This document shows, piece after piece, positions 38,815 through 46,987 of a stretch of 64,000 bases of DNA. The translations under genes were made by a program, and so were the position numbers. The stretch comes from a virus. The stretch is from IMG/VR virus record IMGVR_UViG_3300032893_000016, positions 1 to 64,000 of that record; one strand, given 5' to 3'. The notes beneath the pieces are model-generated. The model saw only the letters and a list, made by a program, of their open reading frames with translations, had not been told where the DNA came from and did no database searches. The stretch's first letter is position 1, and every line of letters starts with the position of its first letter.

Positions 38815-39367
38815 GCAAGTTCCTGTAGCGGCCATCCGCTGCATCCATACCAAAACCGATAAGCCAACCGAAGTCATGCGGCACGGTAAGCGCGGCCATC
38901 ATGCGCGGCTTGATCTGCCTGTAGAACTCATTGGCCGGATCGCCCTTATCGACGCCCATCATGTAGCGCACTTCTTTGGCCTTGGCCAGCCCAAGATAAT
39001 ATTCCATTTTCTGGATCGTCACGCCGCTGTCGAAGACATCATCCACGACAAGCACATTGCGCCCGAACAGGTCAGGCAGCGAAAAAGACATCCAGGTTCT
39101 GTCAGTGGGGATCTCGAACCGACTAGGCGCGGCCTCAATGCGGTGAATGTCAGCGTACCCAAGTTGCGGAAAGATGCGCCGATCAGCCAGGCGAGAGCAA
39201 ACCTCTGACATCATGGGTATGCCACCTGACATGAGCCCAATGACCATGTCGGGTATCCAACCCTTGCGCTGTCCAATATCGAGCACAGTGTTGAGTACCA
39301 TTTGGTGGATGCGGCCTTCCATTTCAAAGCCGCTGAGCACTCCGATATAGCCTTCAGGCACGTACAT
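38711..39367 (-). CDS. Purine phosphoribosyltransferase (HPRT-like)
   Basis: IGLMSGG; PRPP-binding loop VLVVDDVFDSGVT; WLIGFGMD..RYRNL. Confidence 0.85.
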   Translation of the reverse strand: MYVPEGYIGVLSGFEMEGRIHQMVLNTVLDIGQRKGWIPDMVIGLMSGGIPMMSEVCSRLADRRIFPQLGYADIHRIEAAPSRFEIPTDRTWMSFSLPDLFGRNVLVVDDVFDSGVTIQKMEYYLGLAKAKEVRYMMGVDKGDPANEFYRQIKPRMMAALTVPHDFGWLIGFGMDAADGRYRNLHGIAVKEGSGTYAGTAGFGTKLGHPGTKAGASVR

Positions 39368-40218
39368 TACTCGATCTCCGCGATCACGAAGCCGGGATGA
39401 TGCGCCAGCTTCCGCCAATAGTTCATACGATCGAGCACGGACCGCTTGGCCACAGCAGAACCGTTGAGTAAGTAATTGCCGTTCTCCTGCCGCGTGCAGG
39501 CATCACCCTTCAGCTTCAGGTACTTGACCGCGTCGATCTTGAACTTGCTGTCGCCGTACAGCGGCGGGTGCGTATCGAGCTTGGTCGCATCGTACGTAAA
39601 ATCGGAATTGGGCTGCGGAGGCATGCGCGCGGGCCTTGCCGGGCCTTGCTTCTGCTCTTCCTGCTTGATCAACTTGCCTTGCGACACGTCGGCCAATTCG
39701 GAAGGCACCAGCTCCGTTATGTTCTCTTTACCGGTGACGCGCCCTGTCACCGCGCCACCGACAGGTTTCCCTGCCGGGGCCGGGGGCTTGCCACCTTGAG
39801 CAGCCTTACGGCCGCCTCTAGGTTTCTTGTCCGATGTGCCGGCGTCGGCCATCGTCTGCCAATGGTCTTTAGGCAGACAGAAGATGATCTCGTGCTGATC
39901 GGCCTTCTCCATCTCGCACGCAAAGGCTTTGGCGTTGACGAGCGGCAAGCCGGTCACGTACGGAACAGTGATCTGACCACCACCCAGCTTCAGATCCTTG
40001 ACGACGAACAGGGCCTCAGGGTGGTTGAAAGTGCTGAACCGCATCTTGCCCGCAAGAGCGTCAATCTGCACGTGACAGCGATTGAGGTTGTACTGCTTGC
40101 GAAGCGTATCGCTAATACCGATTGTGATGAACGCCGTACCATCCGCCTTGATGCTCATACCCGCTTTCAAGCGGGGAGCAACCTTGACCTGGATGGGGGA
40201 CAAATCAATCCAGCCCAT
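39367..40218 (-). CDS. Hypothetical protein
   Basis: 283 aa; AAGGGG RBS; TAATG coupling to the PRT gene. Confidence 0.7.
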   Translation of the reverse strand: MGWIDLSPIQVKVAPRLKAGMSIKADGTAFITIGISDTLRKQYNLNRCHVQIDALAGKMRFSTFNHPEALFVVKDLKLGGGQITVPYVTGLPLVNAKAFACEMEKADQHEIIFCLPKDHWQTMADAGTSDKKPRGGRKAAQGGKPPAPAGKPVGGAVTGRVTGKENITELVPSELADVSQGKLIKQEEQKQGPARPARMPPQPNSDFTYDATKLDTHPPLYGDSKFKIDAVKYLKLKGDACTRQENGNYLLNGSAVAKRSVLDRMNYWRKLAHHPGFVIAEIE

Positions 40219-40311
40219 GTACTTTCCCCTTCATTTCACCTAAAACATACAAGCATGACTACGGCCACGGCTATAGCGTACGCAAATAGAGCGCACAAGC
40301 CCATCTCCACG

Positions 40312-40572
40312 TCAAACGGTATCGAAATGCCCCAAATGCGCAAACCGTCTGTCCAGGTCAGCCTCGAAGGCGGAAAGCTCCTCTTCCAGCTCTTCGATTT
40401 GTGCTACCATAGCCTCCCGGCACGCCTTCCGCAAACGGGGGTCGACATCCTCGTACTCCGTAGGATGGACCAGCGCTTGGAGGAAGTTTTCGACATCATA
40501 GCATTTGAGCGCGCACTTAAATTTTTCCAGCGCGGTTAATGTGACTTCGTACTGCGTCAGGTCTTCAATCAT
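40312..40572 (-). CDS. Hypothetical protein (coiled)
   Basis: MIE...QYEVT..KF. Confidence 0.55.
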   Translation of the reverse strand: MIEDLTQYEVTLTALEKFKCALKCYDVENFLQALVHPTEYEDVDPRLRKACREAMVAQIEELEEELSAFEADLDRRFAHLGHFDTV

Positions 40573-40670
40573 GGCTCATCCGACATAACGAAATGGCTGG
40601 CAAGTACTTTTTTCTGAACGATGAACGCTACGCATCACGCACCTATACATACTCTTTTCATGCGCGCGGC

Positions 40671-40706
40671 GCAAATCCGGAGGAACCGATTTGCTATAAT
40701 TAGTAC
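40671..40706 (+). promoter_or_regulatory. Extended -10 promoter overlapped by a palindrome
   Basis: TGcTATAAT at 40692-40700; GCAAATC-N10-GATTTGC. Confidence 0.65.
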
Positions 40707-40758
40707 ATCAGATGGGAATGGTCCTGTCTGCGCTATTTGAAATTGTTAGGAGCACTAT

Positions 40759-41373
40759 ATGAAAACGAGAGATAAGTACGTCTCTGTGAATGGATCATGG
40801 CCAGCCGATGCGGATACGAAGAAGCCCATCAGCCCGGCCTTGGCCAAGCGAGCCTTCAAAGTTCTGTACAGGCATCGCTTTCACAAGCCTTGGAAGTTCC
40901 CCGTGCAAGCCGTCAAGGGCGCGCATCGCAGGACATGGGCTGGGTACGTCAAGCTGCCAAAGCACATCGAAAAGTGGGGCATGATCGTCGCCCCCGATGC
41001 GGGCTGGCATAATTTCGTACACGACCTAAGCCACTGGATACACCGGAAGCAATATCCGAACCAGGATGCGCATCGGGCGAGCAGTCACGCGGCGGTTGAG
41101 AAGGACCTGATCGAACAGGTTGTCAACCGCGGCTGGTTGCAGGCCAAGGAGCCGCAGCGGCGGCCGAGGGCGGCGAAGCCCAAGCCCACGCCGGCACAGG
41201 CCAAGCTGCAACGGATCGAAGCGTCCATTGCCCGCTGGGAGGCTAAACAGCGCCGCGCCGCAAACGCCCTGAAGCGTCTATGTCGTCAGCGGGGTCGGGC
41301 GCTTCGTTATGCTGCACGAGTTCAGTCAGCCGCAGCAACGGAAGCAGTTGTGGCCGTCCATAGCAGTCCCTAG
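40759..41373 (+). CDS. Solitary plus-strand gene with a His-rich metal-binding-like motif
   Basis: AGGAG RBS; VHDLSHWIH..H..E; basic coiled C-terminus. Confidence 0.75.
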   Translation: MKTRDKYVSVNGSWPADADTKKPISPALAKRAFKVLYRHRFHKPWKFPVQAVKGAHRRTWAGYVKLPKHIEKWGMIVAPDAGWHNFVHDLSHWIHRKQYPNQDAHRASSHAAVEKDLIEQVVNRGWLQAKEPQRRPRAAKPKPTPAQAKLQRIEASIARWEAKQRRAANALKRLCRQRGRALRYAARVQSAAATEAVVAVHSSP

Positions 41374-41791
41374 GTAAGTCGTCCTCCCCACCAATCGTCC
41401 GCAATGGATCGTTGGTGGGGAGGCGACATTCAACCTTTGGTTCGGTCGCGGCCTTGATCTCGCGGATCATATCGAGGCGCCCTACTTCGGCCAGCTTCAT
41501 ACCTAGGTCCCACAAGCCCTCGAAGGGCTCATACTCTTTGGCCATTGCTGCGTACTTATCGCGGCATTTGGCTTGCGCCTCTTCCCACCAGCGCTTGCGT
41601 TCAGCCACGACTTCGTCGTACATGATCCAATGGATCGGACCATGAAGCAGCGCACCTTGAGCAAAACGAATGGTCTCTTTTACGTACAGCTTTCCACCTG
41701 TGAACTGATCTTCATACAGCTCCCAACTGACCCTCAGCAAGACGGCTTTGCCTACGGTGTCGGTGAAGGCAACTTCCATCTCTTGGGTCAT
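41243..41791 (-). CDS. Hypothetical protein
   Basis: Packed operon. Confidence 0.5.
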   Translation of the reverse strand: MTQEMEVAFTDTVGKAVLLRVSWELYEDQFTGGKLYVKETIRFAQGALLHGPIHWIMYDEVVAERKRWWEEAQAKCRDKYAAMAKEYEPFEGLWDLGMKLAEVGRLDMIREIKAATEPKVECRLPTNDPLRTIGGEDDLPRDCYGRPQLLPLLRLTELVQHNEAPDPADDIDASGRLRRGAV

Positions 41792-41991
41792 CCGGCCAAC
41801 CTCGGAATCTCCATAAGGTAGCGCAGCGCTATCCCGCTTGTGATGCTGGGCATGTACCAGCCGGGCTGTGCATCGGTCAGCTCCCAGTTGGTAAATTCCC
41901 CGCACACCACCGCGCGCAGGTCATCAATGGGGAGCTGGGATAGCGGAATGTACGGACCATTCTCGGCAAGCTGGAAGCGCGGCTCTCTCAC
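41788..41991 (-). CDS. Hypothetical protein
   Basis: Overlapping start/stop codons. Confidence 0.45.
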   Translation of the reverse strand: MREPRFQLAENGPYIPLSQLPIDDLRAVVCGEFTNWELTDAQPGWYMPSITSGIALRYLMEIPRLAG

Positions 41992-42329
41992 ACCCGCACC
42001 CTTTCAGCCCGCGCATGCTCCGCTTGACTGCAGCCGCATGTCAGGCAAGCCCCACCCATGACACCTTTCGGTCGCCTGTACTTGGCGCAAGGCTTGAGGC
42101 CGACGTTGCGCATGATCTCATCAACCACCTGCGCATCAGAAGGCGGGTAAATCGTCTTGGATACGTTTACTACGCCGGCGTCAATCTTGCCCGCGATGAT
42201 CTTGCCACGCGGCCCTTGCGAACTTATTTGGCTCGCCCACTCTTCAGGCGGCACGACACCGCATGTGCAGAAGGCGGCCGTACGCAAGGCCACCGGGCAG
42301 CGACGATCGTGCTCAGACTTTTTGGTCAT
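41988..42329 (-). CDS. Cys-rich hypothetical protein
   Basis: H...C....CTCG and CLTCGC. Confidence 0.5.
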   Translation of the reverse strand: MTKKSEHDRRCPVALRTAAFCTCGVVPPEEWASQISSQGPRGKIIAGKIDAGVVNVSKTIYPPSDAQVVDEIMRNVGLKPCAKYRRPKGVMGGACLTCGCSQAEHARAERVRV

Positions 42330-42762
42330 AGCCGGGCACTTCCACAGGCTTGGTCTGCATGTACTGTTCAAGCTTGCGCAGCTTTTCCAGCGATGCCGTG
42401 TTCATTGTGCCCGGGTTCAGCACGCCGGCACGGCACAGCATCGTCAACAAAGCATGTAGCTGCCCTGCCTCTACGCTGGCGCGGTCGCGATTGGAAAGCG
42501 TGTGGCCGGGATCAGGCTGTACTTGGTCAAGGCCAAAACGTTCTGCCTTGCTGAGGCGGATGCCAAAGCGGCAAAGCGCGGCAATCAGTTCTTCGATGAG
42601 CTCGAAGCACTCTTCCTGCGCAATGGTAATGAGCTCTCGCTCATACTCTGTTGGCAGGGGATCAGGGGATTTGAAACGCGTGGCAGCGTCGGGGTCCGCA
42701 CCGCAGGTACAGAAGTGGCCCGTCTTTTCCTTGAGCTCGCAGCCTGCGTGATGCTCAACCAC
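42313..42762 (-). CDS. MazG-like NTP pyrophosphatase domain protein
   Basis: QEECFELI..SKAERFG..E..Q pattern. Confidence 0.6.
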   Translation of the reverse strand: MVEHHAGCELKEKTGHFCTCGADPDAATRFKSPDPLPTEYERELITIAQEECFELIEELIAALCRFGIRLSKAERFGLDQVQPDPGHTLSNRDRASVEAGQLHALLTMLCRAGVLNPGTMNTASLEKLRKLEQYMQTKPVEVPGYDQKV

Positions 42763-42907
42763 TCAGCGGCCTTTCAGTTCGATCTTGCGCGGCTCAGGCT
42801 TCATGGCAACGCTGCCACCTTCCGCCAGCCGTGCAACCAATATAGTGTACGAAGCCTCCTTCGCAAGCTTTTCGGATTTGCGAAGCCAACGCTTGTACTT
42901 ATATCGT

Positions 42908-43279
42908 TCAACCAGCCGCCGCAGCCACTTGACCATTGTTTGCCTGTCCTGTGGCCGTCATACCTGTAACGCCATTTGCGCGGGCGGCCTCTTCCAGCTT
43001 TTCCTTGCGGATGCGATCTGCCTCAGCCTGATCGGCCAAAATCTTCTTGCGCTTGGCGGCCAGATCGTCTTCCTTGGCCACGAAGTACTTGGCGCAGCAC
43101 GTTCCGTTACAGAAGTGCAGCATCGGAGCGGGCTGCGGAAACTCACCCAACGGAAGTACTTCGGTTCCTTCCTTCAGCGGCACAGATTGATACTGCACCA
43201 TCAAGCGGTAGCGGATGCCATCGCCGGCGTCCGTGTTCTTGCCGCATGCGTCACAGGTCGTCACGTGCTGGAGAGCCAT
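42908..43279 (-). CDS. Zn-finger hypothetical protein
   Basis: CDACGK..HFCNGTC. Confidence 0.6.
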   Translation of the reverse strand: MALQHVTTCDACGKNTDAGDGIRYRLMVQYQSVPLKEGTEVLPLGEFPQPAPMLHFCNGTCCAKYFVAKEDDLAAKRKKILADQAEADRIRKEKLEEAARANGVTGMTATGQANNGQVAAAAG

Positions 43280-43283
43280 AGCC

Positions 43284-43676
43284 TTACCCCTTGTCCGTCA
43301 ATTGCATATACAAACCCGTATCGACCAACTCAGCTACGCGCTTCATGACTTCGGCCACTCTGTCCTCAGGCAAATAGTGCATGACGACCGGGCGCATCAT
43401 CGTATCGCCGGGCTCTCCCAACATGTGAACGATGATGAACGCCTTGACCTGCTCATTGTCGAAGCCGTGCTTGCGCAGCGCCGCCATGTAGGCGGCCTTG
43501 GCAGCGAACAAGGCGTCCGAATACTTTTCCGCATCGGCCTTGGTCTCGACGACCTTCTGATCGAACCCATCAAGGATTTTGCTGATCCGCTCTTTGGGTT
43601 GCAGCGCACATTCGCTTTCGCAAGCGCGTTGGCAGTACTCTTTTGTGTGCGGGCAGCGGACGAAATCCTTGGTCAT
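43284..43676 (-). CDS. Hypothetical protein
   Basis: Packed operon. Confidence 0.55.
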   Translation of the reverse strand: MTKDFVRCPHTKEYCQRACESECALQPKERISKILDGFDQKVVETKADAEKYSDALFAAKAAYMAALRKHGFDNEQVKAFIIVHMLGEPGDTMMRPVVMHYLPEDRVAEVMKRVAELVDTGLYMQLTDKG

Positions 43677-43996
43677 GTCAGCAGCGGCCTCTCACCAAAC
43701 GCCCTTTGCGTTATGGCATTTGTGTACATAGCGCACAAGCCATCTTCGAGCGGCTGATAATGGCGGCACGTAAATGGACGATCGTTGTACTCACCGCAGC
43801 GGCCATCTTCCGTCAACAGCGGACACCAGAAGCGCCAATAACCTTTAGGTGCTTTGTACCATGGGAGGAAAGGCACGCCGGCACGAACCATCCGCACCAA
43901 TATGTACAATGGATGCACTTGATGATCGTCGCCTATGTTCAGCGTAAAGCCGCTACAGCAGCGGCCCGGCCTTGTGCAGATATCGCACAGGCTCAT
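43673..43996 (-). CDS. YkgJ-family CxxC..CC cysteine-cluster protein
   Basis: CDICTRPGRCC..CPLL..GRCGEY.DRP.TCR.Y. Confidence 0.8.
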   Translation of the reverse strand: MSLCDICTRPGRCCSGFTLNIGDDHQVHPLYILVRMVRAGVPFLPWYKAPKGYWRFWCPLLTEDGRCGEYNDRPFTCRHYQPLEDGLCAMYTNAITQRAFGERPLLT

Positions 43997-44229
43997 CAGC
44001 CTTCCTTCGTTTCCTGCCTCTCGGCCATCTTGATGGACAGAAGCTTAGTCGTAAAATCGTCCGCGCTCATAGTATGTACCAATTTGAACTCTAGCAGTTG
44101 GATGCGACCATCTTTGATGCGCTCTTTCAAATCGTCCAAGGTCGCCAGCGCGTCTTCTGTCTTAGCGGCAAATGCGTACCCATTCTTGCTATCGCTTGGC
44201 GTGACTTTCAGATCGAACAGCGAACTCAT
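43996..44229 (-). CDS. Hypothetical protein
   Basis: Coupled start/stop; GAGG RBS. Confidence 0.55.
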   Translation of the reverse strand: MSSLFDLKVTPSDSKNGYAFAAKTEDALATLDDLKERIKDGRIQLLEFKLVHTMSADDFTTKLLSIKMAERQETKEG

Positions 44230-44573
44230 TTGGGTTCCTCTTCGATACGGCCAAAGGCGTCGCGCATTTCCCGCGCCGTCACTTGATGACTTGCACCGCT
44301 GCCCATGAATGTCAGGACCATATCATTGTCCACGATCGGTCGACCGCTAAGGTGGGCTTCTGCATCCACCATCCGCCACCACATACCAATACTTTCGATG
44401 GCCCGGTTGCGTTTCTCTGCCGCGACAATGTCAATCTTTGGTGTACGAAGGATGGCGGCAATGTCGGGCTGGAACATGCCATCGCTGATGGGGCTGACAC
44501 TGGCCTTCTCAATGACGATTGGCTTCGGCTTGCGGAACCATGACAGGAAATCAATCATCCGTGTCATCCCCAT
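44226..44573 (-). CDS. Hypothetical protein
   Basis: Packed operon. Confidence 0.5.
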   Translation of the reverse strand: MGMTRMIDFLSWFRKPKPIVIEKASVSPISDGMFQPDIAAILRTPKIDIVAAEKRNRAIESIGMWWRMVDAEAHLSGRPIVDNDMVLTFMGSGASHQVTAREMRDAFGRIEEEPK

Positions 44574-44769
44574 TCTTGCAGCCGGGCAGGAACTCCACGC
44601 CTATCGTTGGTACAAGGCATGGCGTCCAGACTAACCCACACTTCTGGCATGCGTGGGCCTTGTGCAACTTCAACGCAAATTCATTCTTGTCAATATGTCT
44701 CTCATGGCACACAGGGCACCACAACAACATGGGTATCGGGACGATTACTCTATCAACGGTTTCCGGCAT
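44551..44769 (-). CDS. Zn-ribbon protein
   Basis: CPVC..H.D..H..H.CQKCG..W. Confidence 0.65.
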   Translation of the reverse strand: MPETVDRVIVPIPMLLWCPVCHERHIDKNEFALKLHKAHACQKCGLVWTPCLVPTIGVEFLPGCKNGDDTDD

Positions 44770-44823
44770 AGGTACTTTTTTCGGAAAAATTAAATACGGG
44801 TACTAAATTATCTTCGTACATAC

Positions 44824-45108
44824 TCAGCGTTTCAACTCAAAGGCAAACCAATTACGCTTGGGTGGTGTCAAGGCTGCCATCATTTGGGCATACGCCTCTT
44901 TCCCTACCCACATTTGGCATGGCTTCAAGGCAACGCCATCCCACTCGCTCATGATCCATGCGGTCCGATCAGCACCGGCACCTGCAAGGTCCCATGCCGT
45001 CTTGAACGTTACGGGATCAATGTCAGCAATTGCGAGTGCTTTCGTTGGGGGAATGACAGTCGAGGCGGCGGCTGCGGCAGTACCTAAAAGGAACGCGCGC
45101 CTATTCAT
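44824..45108 (-). CDS. Small protein with a twin-arginine signal
   Basis: MNRRAFLLGTAAAAA. Confidence 0.65.
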   Translation of the reverse strand: MNRRAFLLGTAAAAASTVIPPTKALAIADIDPVTFKTAWDLAGAGADRTAWIMSEWDGVALKPCQMWVGKEAYAQMMAALTPPKRNWFAFELKR

Positions 45109-45400
45109 CGTCCTTGAACCTGAAAGTACCAAAGTAGGCTTCATGCCAATCCACCCCTGACCATCGGTACAAACGACTATTGGTGGTCAGGAAAAGCAAC
45201 TGATCTGTGTCGCCTTCGATTGGGAGCTCATCCACTACGTACATCAGCGGAGGCATTGGCGGAAGCACAATATCCTTCCAAGGCATCATGCCCACCGAAA
45301 GGGTATCAGCGCTAATGCCATCTGCAATTATGGGCTCAACGATAGCAGGCGCGACTACTACCGCCGCCGTGCTGCCCATCAGGAACGATCGTCTGTTCAT
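45101..45400 (-). CDS. Small protein with a twin-arginine signal
   Basis: MNRRSFLMGSTAAVVVA. Confidence 0.65.
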   Translation of the reverse strand: MNRRSFLMGSTAAVVVAPAIVEPIIADGISADTLSVGMMPWKDIVLPPMPPLMYVVDELPIEGDTDQLLFLTTNSRLYRWSGVDWHEAYFGTFRFKDDE

Positions 45401-45777
45401 ATCATGTGCATCAGATTGGCGACGACTACGGAAATAGCTAGTACCAAAAAGCACATGACGGACGCTGTGCCGAACTTCTGATTGATGCCCCCGGCGATGA
45501 ATAGGCCGATGCTCATGCAGGCGAGTACTGATTGGGCGGTCGCCAGCGAACTCATACGACTACTTTCCCTTCGGAAGCACTTCCTGATCGTCAGCCATGA
45601 TACGTACGCTGACACCGGGCTTGTTAGCAAGTCCATTGTACACTTGCAAGGCCCGATGCCAACTGTCTGTCCTGATGCCTTCGATCTCTCGGTTCTCTTT
45701 GATGAACCGAACTAGTACCCTGTATTGCTGCACCTCACGCGGCGGTGTGCACCAAAGCCGCATGCGGGGATCTTCTG

Positions 45778-45990
45778 TTAGTGCAGCGCCACCAGGTTGC
45801 AATTGATTGGCCGGTGTTGCTGAATCATCCTGCATACCTTGGACATACGCCCGGACAGAATGAACAGCAAAGACAGAACAATCAGAAGAGAAAGTACTAA
45901 CAATGCACGATAAGGCGTCTGCGGGCTGTACAGCAGCAACAGGTCGATGCCGCCAACAGCCAGGAGACCCAGCGCCATGAACTTGATCAT
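45778..45990 (-). CDS. Small two-TM membrane protein
   Basis: GGAGGAG RBS; two hydrophobic segments. Confidence 0.55.
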   Translation of the reverse strand: MIKFMALGLLAVGGIDLLLLYSPQTPYRALLVLSLLIVLSLLFILSGRMSKVCRMIQQHRPINCNLVALH

Positions 45991-46454
45991 GTCTGCTCCT
46001 CCTTCTCAAAAGTGAAAACGCGCTGGATACCAAAAGAGCCCAACGCTTTCTGTTCTCGATACGCACTGTGTACTGGGCACAAAGCTAATTCTTCCTTTGT
46101 CCTCCGCCGAATACGGTTCTCAGACAACGTCGACCAAAGAAGATTGCTGCGGCGATTATCCAGACTATCGCCATTCTTGTGATCGCCAATATTGTGGAAC
46201 AGCGATGGCGGGACGCCGGCACGGGCAACCACTACCTTGTGCATGAAGATTACGCCGCGCGGCCTGTGGACGCTCCGCCTGGCGTACCTTTTGCCACGCC
46301 ATGTGACGGCATGCCATGCCCATTGGTTTAGGTACTCATAATCTTCGTTACTGACTATTGCGTACAGATCAGGATCGCGATACGATAGGTAGAGCCTACG
46401 ATAAGGCAGCGGCTCAGGCCAGTGGCGCGGGTCGAAGTCGGGGTCAAGCCACAT
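45987..46454 (-). CDS. HNH endonuclease
   Basis: MHKVV..DHKNGDSLDNRRSNL. Confidence 0.85.
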   Translation of the reverse strand: MWLDPDFDPRHWPEPLPYRRLYLSYRDPDLYAIVSNEDYEYLNQWAWHAVTWRGKRYARRSVHRPRGVIFMHKVVVARAGVPPSLFHNIGDHKNGDSLDNRRSNLLWSTLSENRIRRRTKEELALCPVHSAYREQKALGSFGIQRVFTFEKEEQT

Positions 46455-46607
46455 AGCGGGAACAACCAGACACGCGCTGGGGGCAGACGTGGGTAAGGCG
46501 GCCTAACGGGGGATGACCGTGTGGCCGCCATCTGATTGCCCCTGCTATGGGGCTTTGTACTAAAATTTTGGGCTGTTTTGCAACACAGTGGTCGCGATGG
46601 CTGGACA

Positions 46608-46636
46608 TATTGCCATAAGAATCAGGGGGTTGCAAA
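46608..46636 (-). promoter_or_regulatory. Sigma70-like promoter for the accessory operon
   Basis: Minus-strand TTGCAA-N17-CAATAT. Confidence 0.55.
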
Positions 46637-46645
46637 TAAAATCTA

Positions 46646-46987
46646 CTACGCTGGTTTGCGGCGCAAGTAGTACTCTGTATCGGCCAAATCGGACAGCGGC
46701 GAGGGCACCCCATTAATGTACACAACACGGGGCACGCGCTTCTGGAAAAGCTGGCCGAAGCCAGTACCCAATTGGCTGACTTTAAACCCCGGCTCTTCCT
46801 TGAGAATTTTCTTTCCGGCTGGCGTTCCGAGCACAAGCGCATAGTTGGCAATCTCGTCGATCAAAGGGATCATACGCCGGTCGCTGGCCAAGGAGCCACG
46901 GTGGTACAAAAGATACTGGCCGGGCTCCAACTTGTTGACGGCTTCGCGCATGGCGTGCATGCTGGGAAACTGCGGGCGGACATTCAT
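46646..46987 (-). CDS. Hypothetical protein
   Basis: YHRGSLA.DR..LFQKR; ATGA overlap with sbcC. Confidence 0.65.
   Translation of the reverse strand: MNVRPQFPSMHAMREAVNKLEPGQYLLYHRGSLASDRRMIPLIDEIANYALVLGTPAGKKILKEEPGFKVSQLGTGFGQLFQKRVPRVVYINGVPSPLSDLADTEYYLRRKPA

Noticed and set aside
45397-45990. Holin/lysis cassette
   Set aside because: Small membrane ORFs are present, but no endolysin or spanin is recognisable nearby
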